Shown in pieces: positions 29,965-40,200 of a stretch of DNA of 64,000 nt. This stretch comes from an uncultured Gammaproteobacteria bacterium (lineage in GTDB: Bacteria > Patescibacteriota > Patescibacteriia > Magasanikbacterales > GWA2-37-8). Position numbers and translations under genes: made by a program. Location: positions 3,248 to 67,247 of the forward strand of contig CAYUHX010000003.1 in assembly GCA_964444705.1 (NCBI GenBank). Reading direction: 5' to 3'. The notes under the pieces are model-generated. The model saw only the letters and a list, made by a program, of their open reading frames with translations. It was not told the DNA's origin and ran no database searches. Position 1 is the first letter of the stretch. The number at the start of each line of letters is the position of its first letter.

Positions 29965-32163
29965 TTATTTTTTTTCATCAACCGGGAACCTATCATTCAC
30001 AATCTTTTTCAATTGGTCTCTGAGCCCGCCTGTTCGAGTAATTCCACTAAGAAGCATCGCTTCATTTAAAGGACCGCGAACCCCTCGTTCCGCGAGGGTA
30101 TCTAATATCATATTTAATTCTTTAATGCTCTCAATGGTTTTTGCTAACGAAACTGGAGCACCGTCACTGCCTTTTAAATCACCCTCTTTCCAAGAATTAA
30201 GTGTTTTGAGTATCTGTTCAATAGAGAGATTTTTAAAACCTTCTCTCTTCACAAAATCAAATGAATCATAACTACTCACTTCTCGACGTTTCATTTCTCG
30301 ATTGACTACATGCAATTTTCGAGCGGTTAATAGAGCGTCATGTAACTTGAAATCAACATCTTCACCCCGAGCCATTTTCGCTTCTATATCGTTAATTAGC
30401 CCCTCTACTAATTTTGGGGTGTAACGATCAGTACGAGCGTATTTTTTATACTCATTACCCAAACTCTCAGTCAGGGATTCCTTCATTCCATTTAAGGTCT
30501 CCCCATCCAGAGATAGAAGTGAAGTATCAGCATCAGGCAATGCAATCTTATCGAGTTTAGCAAACTCTCTTTGAAGAGTTGCTGCGGTTTGAGCTCGTTC
30601 ATTGTCTAATTTATGAATTTCTTTAATATTTTGCAAACCTTCAATCATGACCGCGCTTTTAACTCCTCTCTTTTTCTTTTCACGCGCAATCTGATTGTCA
30701 ATTTCTTCATCACTTTCTAGCGCATATTGGGCTAATCTTGGCTCTAATTTAATTTGTTCATCAAGCTCATCCTCACGCGGCGTCAGCTCGGGTAAAAGCT
30801 CTTCAAGATTAAGGCGCATTGCCTCAATTGAGTGTACATTAGCTGGACGAGCCGCTTCAGCTGCACGGGCTTCAGCCACAGCGCGCGGTTCACCAGCAGT
30901 GGCTCTCACACGCACTGAACCTGAAACACCAGCATGTTCGCCAGAAATACGGAAATTGGCAGTACGTGGAACGGTGTTGCCAGCAGCAGCTGTTGGTGTC
31001 TCAGCTGCAGACTGAACTGTTTCTTTTTTCTTAAAAAAACCAGTTACCGCTTTCCACGCTCCTTTGAAACCATTTCCAAAACGAGAAAGCAAACTTTGTT
31101 TTTTTATTTTTAATCCATCTAATAACGCCTTTGTTTCAGCATCTACCTGCGCTTGAGTAGCGTTTTCAATGGTGTGGGCAGCTTCGTCTAACTCTTCATC
31201 AATCGCCGCACTTTGTTTTTCAGCAACGTTTTCCATTTCCTTCATCGCTCCCTCCACCGCATATTCAGCATAATATTCTTCTGTTGCTTTGTCTGACAAA
31301 ATTTCGTTTACATCTCTCAAAGCTTGATCAAATTCAGCTCGATCAGCATCGTTTGATGCTTTTTCTTTAGCTGCCTCCACAGCTTTATCGGCAGCAATAA
31401 CTTCTTTACCATTATCAAGAGTATCTTTAAGCACGGCATCAAATTCAGCTTTATCTTCGGCTTTAGATTTTTTCATCTCCGCCAACTTAGCCCGCAATTC
31501 TGTCATGTTTTTTCTCGTCGCTTCTGGCGCCAGTCCTTTGCCGCCTGATTTAGCAAGATAGGCATCCACCTTTGCATCACGAGCAGCTTTTTCTTTAGCG
31601 GTATCTTTTTGTTCAGCCTTCAAATCTTCCGCACCAGCATTCGCTAACACATCTTTTGCATCCAAAATCTCACCCGTAGTTTGGTCAACGTATGAATCTT
31701 TCAATTTCACTTGACTCATCACATCGCCTTTTATACCACCGGCGGCAGAACGAATAGCCGCTTCTTGATTACGTACATCACGATGTTTTTCTTCGTAAAA
31801 TTTGTCTCTTTTTCGATCATACTTATCTGCTCGAGCGGCAGCTTCAGCTTCTGAAGCGGCGGCAGATTTTTTTGTTGGTTTATACGTCCCAAGATTGGCA
31901 CGAATTTTATCCATCCGAGCTTGTTGATCAGTACTAATGTCTAACACCTTTTTAACAGCTTTATTTATTAAACTCGTTTTTTCTTTTTGGCCCAGCTGAC
32001 CACCAGGCGCATTTTCTACTGCCACAATCATAGCATCGGTCACTTCGCTTTCCACCGAATAATCACCGTTTGCCCTTTTCAAAGCTTCTGGGCTATTCAA
32101 CAAAGACTCACGCACCGCGGCGTCGGTTGATTGTTTTCCCCCACGTTCTTGGAGCTGGGCCAT
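29965..32163 (-). CDS. large hypothetical Ala/Glu/Lys-rich protein (732 aa)
   Basis: A long ORF with coiled-coil-like low-complexity composition and no catalytic motif. A weak motif (LSRFGNGFKGAWKA) resembles the 2189-aa giant protein. Confidence 0.55.
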   Translation of the reverse strand: MAQLQERGGKQSTDAAVRESLLNSPEALKRANGDYSVESEVTDAMIVAVENAPGGQLGQKEKTSLINKAVKKVLDISTDQQARMDKIRANLGTYKPTKKSAAASEAEAAARADKYDRKRDKFYEEKHRDVRNQEAAIRSAAGGIKGDVMSQVKLKDSYVDQTTGEILDAKDVLANAGAEDLKAEQKDTAKEKAARDAKVDAYLAKSGGKGLAPEATRKNMTELRAKLAEMKKSKAEDKAEFDAVLKDTLDNGKEVIAADKAVEAAKEKASNDADRAEFDQALRDVNEILSDKATEEYYAEYAVEGAMKEMENVAEKQSAAIDEELDEAAHTIENATQAQVDAETKALLDGLKIKKQSLLSRFGNGFKGAWKAVTGFFKKKETVQSAAETPTAAAGNTVPRTANFRISGEHAGVSGSVRVRATAGEPRAVAEARAAEAARPANVHSIEAMRLNLEELLPELTPREDELDEQIKLEPRLAQYALESDEEIDNQIAREKKKRGVKSAVMIEGLQNIKEIHKLDNERAQTAATLQREFAKLDKIALPDADTSLLSLDGETLNGMKESLTESLGNEYKKYARTDRYTPKLVEGLINDIEAKMARGEDVDFKLHDALLTARKLHVVNREMKRREVSSYDSFDFVKREGFKNLSIEQILKTLNSWKEGDLKGSDGAPVSLAKTIESIKELNMILDTLAERGVRGPLNEAMLLSGITRTGGLRDQLKKIVNDRFPVDEKK

Positions 32164-32170
32164 ATGTGTA

Positions 32171-32347
32171 TGTTTAAAGATTATTTATTTTAGAATAGAT
32201 ATTTTTAACTTTTTGTGTGTCTGCCTTTTCAATCGCTTTTGCAACAATTTCTTGCTTTTCTTTTCTAATTTCAGCTAAACCTTGAAGAAAATCGATAAAG
32301 TCATTAAACGCGTCAGCAAGCACTTTTTTCAATTCGTCGATGGTCAT
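32171..32347 (-). CDS. small ORF (57 aa) immediately upstream of the 732-aa gene; possible co-transcribed partner
   Basis: ATG at 32347 and TAA ending 7 nt before the 732-aa start. It lies downstream of a strong promoter and is absent from the track because it is <60 aa. Confidence 0.25.
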
Positions 32348-32376
32348 ACATTTGAATATACAGGTAAAACTCTTTC

Positions 32377-32405
32377 AGTATACCACAAAATAGTGTTTTT
32401 GTCAA
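32377..32405 (-). promoter_or_regulatory. strong sigma70 promoter (minus strand) for the small-ORF/732-aa operon
   Basis: On the minus strand: TTGACA, a 17-nt spacer, then TGgTATACT (extended -10). Confidence 0.5.
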
Positions 32406-32429
32406 TCAAAAAATTCCGCTAGAAAAAGC
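32401..32429. repeat. left copy of ~29-bp imperfect direct repeat flanking high-GC island 2
   Basis: GTCAATCAAAAAATTCCGCTAGAAAAAGC versus GTCAAGACTGAAAAGCCGCTAGAAATAGC at 34185-34213, sharing the CCGCTAGAAA core and GTCAA. Confidence 0.4.
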
Positions 32430-32434
32430 GGAAT
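32413..32434. terminator. hairpin terminator (ATTCCGCT-agaaaa-AGCGGAAT) followed by a T-run
   Basis: Perfect 8-bp stem with an A-run before and TTCTGATTTTTT after. Confidence 0.5.
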
Positions 32435-32679
32435 TTCTGATTTTTTAGACAGAAAAGAAGCTATAGAGATGCGGAAAAGAAATTGTGATGAAGAGAATCT
32501 CATCATGGTGCTTCCTGCTAAATTTTGGCAGAAAAAACCGTGATGGGACCGCGCTGCGAGGCAGACGCGGCTGTGCCCTACCGAAGCTCTGGATTCGCCG
32601 GAGAGGCGATGCGCTTGGAAGCGCAAGCTTGGGCCAGCCGCGTGCACAGAACTTGAGTGCGGCTGATGGGAAGGTAGGT

Positions 32680-33894
32680 CTAGCGACCGGCGCGGGGCTG
32701 CGGGGCGAAGAGCGGCTGGGTCCGCTGGAACACGTGGTTCCGGGTGACCGTGCCGTCGTTGGTGATGGTGGCCTTGACCGCGGCCTCGCGCTGGGCCTCG
32801 CGGTCCTCGTGGCGCTTGAACATCTTGTCCAGGGCGTCGCCGTCCGGGAGCTTGTTCAGGTCGGCCCGGGTGGCGAGCGGCGCCAGGTCGGCGCGGGTCG
32901 CCGCCTCGCCCACGTGCGCGCTCATGGCCTGCATCAGGGTCCTGCCCTTGCTGTCGGTGACGGCGTTGCGGATCGCCCGGGTGTCGCTCTCGATGCCGCG
33001 CACGTCCTCGTGGACGGCGGTGAGCTGCGAGCGGGTACCGCTCACGTTGCCGTTGATGAACAGCGTGCTCACCAGGGCGGCGGCGCCCAAGGCGCAGGCG
33101 ACGATGGCGAAGGTGCGGATGTTGGCGACGGTGGCGATGATCACGCCGAGGCGCCGGTCCAGGCGCTCCTCGGCGCCATAGAGGTGGTGCTGAGCGACCA
33201 GATCGTCCAGGTCCTTCCGGCGCGCCAGGGGCTCCAGGTCGTCGGCGGTGACGAGGCCGGCCTTGTTCAACCGGCCGACCACGGCCTGGGCGATCGCGTC
33301 GCCGCTGAGGATCTTGCCGGCCAGGGTCTCCGCCAGCTTGGCCATCTCGGCCTGGGTGGTGACCCCGTACTCCTTCAAGATCGCCTTCATCCGATCCGCG
33401 GTCGGCACCGATCCCATGTCGCGGTGGATCGCCTTGACCATCTCATCGGTGGTCAGCGGCGGGCGCGGCGGGGTCAGCGGCGGGCGCGAGTCGGGGCGGG
33501 ACTGGGTGCCGTTGCCGGTGCCGGGCAGGGTGGGGGTGCGGGACTGGGGCTGCGGGCCCGTGGGGCTCTTGGAGGGCTGCTGGGCGGGGGCGCCGTTGGC
33601 CGGGGCGGCCGCCTTGTCGCCGTTGGTGGCCGGGACGGCCACGGGCTGGGCCGGGGCGGCCGCGGCGGGCTGCTTGGTGCCGGCGGGGGCGCCGTTGGCC
33701 TGCGGGGCGACGTCCTGCTTCTCGGTCTTGCCGCCGCCCACATCCTCCATCGGGATGGGGATGCTGCCGCTGTCCCCGGGCTTGGCCTGGGGCTGCTGCG
33801 CCAACTGGAGGGCGGTGCCGATGGGCAGGGTGCCGGTGACGGGCGGCTGGCCAGCGGGCAGGACGGGGGACGAGGGACCAGTCTGGGTCTGCAT
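32680..33894 (-). CDS. Pro/Ala-rich membrane protein (high-GC island 2, ~70% GC)
   Basis: 404-aa ORF with SD AAGGAG upstream, a low-complexity P/A/Q-rich N-terminus, one TM (GVIIATVANIRTFAIVACALGAAALVSTLFI) and a helical C-terminal domain. Confidence 0.55.
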   Translation of the reverse strand: MQTQTGPSSPVLPAGQPPVTGTLPIGTALQLAQQPQAKPGDSGSIPIPMEDVGGGKTEKQDVAPQANGAPAGTKQPAAAAPAQPVAVPATNGDKAAAPANGAPAQQPSKSPTGPQPQSRTPTLPGTGNGTQSRPDSRPPLTPPRPPLTTDEMVKAIHRDMGSVPTADRMKAILKEYGVTTQAEMAKLAETLAGKILSGDAIAQAVVGRLNKAGLVTADDLEPLARRKDLDDLVAQHHLYGAEERLDRRLGVIIATVANIRTFAIVACALGAAALVSTLFINGNVSGTRSQLTAVHEDVRGIESDTRAIRNAVTDSKGRTLMQAMSAHVGEAATRADLAPLATRADLNKLPDGDALDKMFKRHEDREAQREAAVKATITNDGTVTRNHVFQRTQPLFAPQPRAGR

Positions 33895-34160
33895 TGCGGT
33901 ACTCCTTGATGTCTGCTGTTTTCGGTGAACTGGAAAAAAAACCCTTGCTCATGTGTGGAGTTCCCCCCACAAAGACAGGGTATTCGACGCTTGAACTATT
34001 CAAGCGACAAATACCCCATCTTTTGAGAGGAAGCTTTTTCCGCTCATAAACCTACCTTAAATTGTAAAGAACTTATTTCGGCCAAAAAAGACCATTTCTT
34101 TTTTGACTTTAGGCTGTTTAAACAGTGCTTTATTTCTTTCAATTGTTTAAACAACAAATC

Positions 34161-34189
34161 ATAATAGCACATTTTTGCCTTTTTGTCAA
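34161..34189 (-). promoter_or_regulatory. sigma70 promoter (minus strand) inside the right repeat copy, directed toward the island-2 gene
   Basis: On the minus strand: TTGACA, a 17-nt spacer, then TATTAT. Confidence 0.45.
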
Positions 34190-34213
34190 GACTGAAAAGC
34201 CGCTAGAAATAGC
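34185..34213. repeat. right copy of ~29-bp imperfect direct repeat flanking high-GC island 2
   Basis: See the left copy at 32401-32429. Confidence 0.4.
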
Positions 34214-34240
34214 AAAAAGTAGCCAGGTGGCTACTTTTTG
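34212..34240. terminator. strong hairpin downstream of the giant gene (13-bp stem GCAAAAAGTAGCC/GGCTACTTTTTGC)
   Basis: Perfect 13-bp inverted repeat with a 4-nt loop, 14 nt beyond the giant-gene stop. Confidence 0.5.
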
Positions 34241-34253
34241 CTCTATTTTAAGT

Positions 34254-37200
34254 TTATTTTGTACTGAAGAGACCTGATCGTTCGATAAAATCGCGCGAAC
34301 TATCATACCTAAATGTACTCCCAGAGGTGGTTTTTACCACAATGGCACCAGTACCAATCTCACGATTAAAGACAAAATCTTTGTTATAAATAAGTGTCTT
34401 TTGTCCATCGACAGGATTAAGCGCCAATATCGCATGACTATCTTGTGCGGTGACCACAGGATGGTCGGCATCAAGACGATAATGATTCAATAATAATCTT
34501 ACTTCAGCACTTCCTTCTCCAGAAGGACGTAATAGCTCAAATACCTTATTCGGATCAATTGATTCATTTTTGATATCTTTCAGCACTTCTGCAGTTTGCA
34601 GCATTCTCTCGCTGCTTAACGACACTCTCCCACTTCCCTGCAGAACACCATTCATGTTTTGCTGCCAATCTCTAAGACGACTCAAAGCTTGAGCAGCCGG
34701 GTTTGATTCACGATCAGCTGATACAACTTTTACATTACCAAGATACCTCTCAATTTGTCGGCCGAAGGTACTTACCTGCGCCTCTACTTCATTTCGATTA
34801 CCGAGTTCACGAAATACCGCTGGAAGTTCTGCCTCCGCAGCCGTGCTTTCTACCACACTTGTTCTCGCTGCTGGCGCAGTTGATTTTGTTTCTAGTGCTG
34901 CCGCACCACGGGTGGCGGCCGGTTGCTCAGCGCCGACAGGCAATTTCCACGCTTCTTTTTCAGGGTCAAAACGAGTGATCACTTCTTCTCTTGCCACATC
35001 TTTTCCTTCTAAGACCACACGTACAGATCGACCATCTACCTGAATTTTCTCTGGATCTAAATTATCTAAGATAAATGGACCATTACTTTCGCGCGTATTG
35101 CCAATATAGACTTCAGCTTTTTTCTGCAAATCTTGCGGATCAACTTTCCATTGTGTTTCACGCACCTCACCGTGACCTGAGCCGCCAATCAAGGGGGCTT
35201 TACGCTCATCGAAGCCGAAGAAGCGCACGTTACCACGGAGTGAGAAATGATGCACTTCGTCTGCACCAAACTCGGCGTTGGCAATTTCGGTGGTGCCTTT
35301 GGCCTGAAGCAAGCGGCCAGTGGCATGAATAAGGGCCTGTTTTTCAGCCGCAGGCAACGTAGTCATTCTTTGATATTTGTCTACCAACTCTGGCAAAGAA
35401 TCACTACTTGGTTTTAAACCCGCTTCTTTCAAATACTCCAAGTGATGCCCACTAAAATTTTGGGATTTCAAGAAAGCCAACGCTTGTTCGGTGCCACCGT
35501 GAGCCAAGAGTTGTTCAAACGTAGCCTGCTTTACATCGCGCAGCACTTCGTATGGGGTATCAACTGCACTCTTAAACACATCACCGTGGAGCGATGAGGG
35601 GTGATTGCCCGAAGTACTCGCTTTCAAAATAGTCTGCAGTGATTCAGGGTTAGCGAGTGAAGGATATTTTTTAACAAGCGCAGCGAAAAAGACGCCAGTG
35701 TCTTTATCATCGATGATTTTTTCTCTTTCGCCAAAGGTCTTGAGTTCAGCAAACACATTTGATTCTTTTCTTCTTTCCGCAAGCGCACCAGCACCATCAG
35801 CAATTCGTCTTAAGGCTTCAGGCCCAGCTGCCTGCCCTGGTTCGGCCTTCGTAAGTAAACTACGGCCAAGTTCGGCAGCTCCTTGCTCCAAACTCACCGC
35901 CGCATTTTTCATCGCTCCAGGAATCCCGGCTAAACGCTCCGCGGTCTGCACCGTACCACCAACTGCATTATTATATAAAGCAGCCCCTAATTCTTTTTGT
36001 TCAAAGGCTCCAATCAATTTATCAATTGCTTGACTGGCGTGGGTATCAGTATTACCAAGCACAATGTCGGTAAGGCCCACTGCTCGTGCCATTGTTCCAA
36101 ACGCACTCACAAAGTCTGCGCCACGACGAACGACACCACCTTCTCCTTTGCGGCCTTTACCTCTAATCGCACTCCACCATTCTCCCAATGAGGTTAACAT
36201 TTCCTCTTTCACTGCTTTGGCACGATCGGCTTTTTCACCTTCTTGACCAGCACGATCAAGACCTTTGCTCACCATTTCAACGAGTGACATGGCACCATAC
36301 GCCGCGCCGCGCCACAAAGGCATACCAGCGAAGACCAAAGCCGTGTTTGCCACATCACGCACGCGAGCAATGGTTGAATTTTTACTATACAAAAATGCTT
36401 CGAGTGTTTTTTGCACTTTTTCATTACGCTGTTTAGTTTTATTTTCTGCCCCATCTTTATATTGATCAAACAGCACTTCTAAACGGCCAATAAGTTTTTC
36501 CTTCTCGGCAGGGTCAATAAAACGAGAATTTAAGATATTACCATTTACCCGAGTGAATCTTTCTTGCACACGAGCATCACTCTGTTCAATGGCCACATCC
36601 CGATTTTTCCAAAGTGCAAACACCTCTTCCATACCCCGAGCAATGAGCGCACGCTCAGCCTTGGCGTCTTGTCTTTCTTTAAAATAATTATAGATGTCGC
36701 CTTTTTTACGGATCGCTAATCCAAGATCGGCGAACGTCTTGAAACCAAACACTGAAAATACTGTGTCATACGTGGCTTTGCCGGCAGCCTTCCAAAAATC
36801 TTTGCTGGTAAATAATTCTTTTGTACCTTTCCAGAAACGACTAAGCACACCTTTCTTCTCTGCCGGCGGCACAACTCTTTCAATCCTGGTGGGCGAAGGC
36901 GCTGCCTCTGCCGCAGACAAATCCTCAACAAACGGCCTGTCAGCAGAACGATTAAAGGTTTCTGCTAATTCTGCCAAGGTTGAATCTTCCACAATAATCG
37001 ACGAAGCTGGCTTTGCACTCTCAGGTGACGAGGCAACAGACTCAACCATACCAGCCGCACCCATTCTCTCTCGATCGGGCGCAGCTACGGCGGCACTGAG
37101 CGCAGCCAATTCTTGAGCGGCCCCAGCAGCCGGTGTTACTATTTCTTTTGTCACGGCAGGAGCAGCTTCTTTTGGTTTTGCCGCTGGTTTTTCGGCACCA

Positions 37201-40200
37201 CCAAACGTCGCCAAAAGATTGGCAAAGTAGCCCACTAAACGATTGAGATTATCAACATCTTCGGTAGTGGCCTTTGGATGATTAAGAATTCTTCTTAACA
37301 TTTTGTCCGCCCGATCATACTCTTCGGCGTTTAAAAACACACCACTTTCAATCATGTTGTTCCAATAAGTGATTGCTTCCCCTTGCAAGGCTTCGGCCGC
37401 AGCCGCTCGCGCTTCTTTTAACGCCAACTCACGTCGTGCCTTCAGATCTTTCATTCCTTCGTTTTCAAACCACACTTTCCAGTAGGTGCCAGTGAGTAAG
37501 CGATCAATTTCGTTTCTAAATGTATGATCGGGATGCATACCAAATGATTCTTTTTTACCCGCTGCTTTATCGGCATGCCAAAGCTGTTGCGCTTTCTCAA
37601 TGGCTTCGTCAAGCGTAAGCGCTTTGCTTTCTTCCTTTTTTGATTCGGCACCGACTATTACATCACCGGCTCCAATTCGAGAAACACCAATACGAAAACC
37701 TTCATCAGCTTTCTCTGCTGATTTTTCGGTACGAATAGCTTTACGAAATTCTTCAACCGCAAAACGCGCTTCTTTACGGGCAACAGTATCTGATTTTCCT
37801 TGTGTTATCGCGCGCCAATAGGCCCCCACCCGTATTTCTTGAGCTTCATTCTCTGGTTTAAAATCAGAATTGATACCCCAACGCTCTTCATTGCCCTCAT
37901 CGGCAGGTTCTGGCTTGACCAGTCTGGCTTCAGCAATATACCGACGAGCGTCTTCGAGCGTGATCGGTCGAAGATCAGGGCCAATGTCTGAAACCTCTTG
38001 CCCTGGCTTAGCTCCTTTCGCTTCAGACTCAGCGGTGACCAAACGTTCAAACCGTCGTACCAAAAAATTAAGACGATCGATATCTTCCACCGAAAAATAG
38101 GGGTGAGTATTGATTTTTTCTAATAATTTTTCCCCATCTTTTACCTTTGCCACCGCTTCTCCGGCGTTAAGCCAGATATCAAGCGCTTGATCACGAAGAA
38201 AATAGGCCGCAGTGGCACAGGCTTCTTTTTGAGCCACACCATCATTTTTACCTTCAAAATGAGCGCGCCAAAATGCGCCTACGCGAATAGTTTCAACCGG
38301 GCTCCGTGGTTTAAACGACGCCATGATTGGACCATCTTTTTCTTCTTTCTTACCTTTTTCAATAAAAGCATTGGCTTCATCCAAGGTAATCGGCCGAGGG
38401 CTCAAAAATGCTTCACTCTCCCCGGTTTCCTGCTTTCTTACTTCAGCAGCACCCGCACTTCGTTCTGGCATCTTCCACAAACCACGAATACCGGCAACCG
38501 GAATGTTCAATCGCTGCACCACCTGCCCATACAACATGCCAAACCTATTTAAATTTGGTTCTTTTGTTGCCGAACCAAGATTGCCGCGCAATTGGTGCAG
38601 GTTTTTAATCAATTGCTCGTCTTTTTCTAAGGCGCTGGCATGATTCTTTTTAAGATAGGTAAGAAGGTCGTTAAATTGCTGCTCGCCTTCTTGTTTAGAT
38701 GCAGCGGCAACATAGTCAGCACCGGGCGCAACCTCACTCGGTCGAACTTGTTCTTTCAATAATGCAAAATTTGCAGAAAATTCTTTCAATGCCTCTTCAA
38801 AAGCGGCGGCTTCTTGCTCTCCCCGCGCATCCCACAATAATAATCTTTCCAAGGCTGCTTCTACCTCACCAAACTCTTTGGTTTTTTCTTTTCTTCTCTC
38901 TGCATAGGCATCACCAAGCGCCGTATAAAACTCAGTGTATTGTTTAAGAATACGTTCTTTTTTTCTAAATAGTGTGCCAAAAATTTTGGCTTCGGCGTTG
39001 GCCGCCGCCTTAACTTTATCGACATCAAATTTTCCACCACTCCTCTTTTTTTCTTCGCCTGCTTCTAACCACACCCGGCCACGCACACCACTAAATATCA
39101 AATCGGTTTCTGTAGATCCTTCTTTTTCTTCCCATTTTTCAGGTTTGAATTCTTTTAATTTTTTCAAATAATTTTCGAACTTGGCTCGTATTTCGGTAAA
39201 CGAATCACCGGCGGCTTTTTCTACCTCTTGAGCAGAGATGCCGGTAAACACCTCACGCGAAACTTCTTGAACAAAATTAAAATTCGAATCGGCCTTACCA
39301 ACAAGAGAAGCAACAATCTTTCCACACTTCTCAGCCAAAACCTCTATTTGTGTAGTAAATCGAGCAGTAAATGGTTCTGAAGAAATTTTCTTTCTCAAAT
39401 CTTCAATTTGACCAAGCAAACTTGACGAATCTGAATTCTTACCGAGATGCTGTGCAGTCATTCGACCAATCACTGGCATTATTTCTCCTAGCTTAACTTT
39501 TTCATCTACTTCAGACTTAATTCTGCTTAATACCTTACCCATCGCCACCAAATATTCTAGTGCAGTCTTTTTTTGCTCTTCAGAAGAAAGTTCTGTGGCT
39601 TCAACAACAGGTGCGGAAGGAAGCTCTGGCGCGGGCGCGGCCTCAGGGGCAGGAGCAGTATTTGTGGTTCTATCAGCGACGACGCGGTTAACAGAAAATT
39701 TTCCAGATTCCGTAAAAGGTTTTAGATCTTTAATTTGATCTCCAGTACCTGATTGAGAAATCGTATAATGTCTTCCATCAAACACCAATTTCAAACCCGC
39801 GGCTACTGGAGGAACTACCTGACGCCCCGCGTCAGCTTGATTTGTGACATCGGGGGCAGCTGCTTCAACCACAACAGGTGCAGCCTCGGCAATAGCAGCA
39901 GCTAACTGAACTCGAGCGGCCGCAACTTGTGCACGCAATGCTTGCTGAGCAGCAACCTCGCGATCTTTCTTTTCCAACCAGGCTTCAAACCGAGCTTGAT
40001 ACTCTTCTAAACGAGCCGCCACAGCTGAAAGATCTGTAGTTTTAGGATCTGCATCTTTTAGATCGCGGGAAAATTCAGCTGCTTCATCAGACAGAACATC
40101 TAATTCATCTCTTAACTTAGAGTTGTTTAATCCCCATCTTTGCAAATCTGAAGATTGCTCGGAGAATTGATTCAAAAAATCGATAAAACCTTTTTCTATC

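Noticed and set aside
32485-33909. 474-aa + strand ORF (Gly/Arg/Ala-rich) and the overlapping 226-aa, 186-aa and 89-aa ORFs in the high-GC island
   Set aside because: These are antisense or alternate frames of the Pro/Ala-rich gene. High GC suppresses stop codons. They have extreme low-complexity composition and no SD or start context. The minus-strand 404-aa frame has an SD and a TM helix.
These are antisense or alternate frames of the Pro/Ala-rich gene. High GC suppresses stop codons. They have extreme low-complexity composition and no SD or start context. The minus-strand 404-aa frame has an SD and a TM helix.
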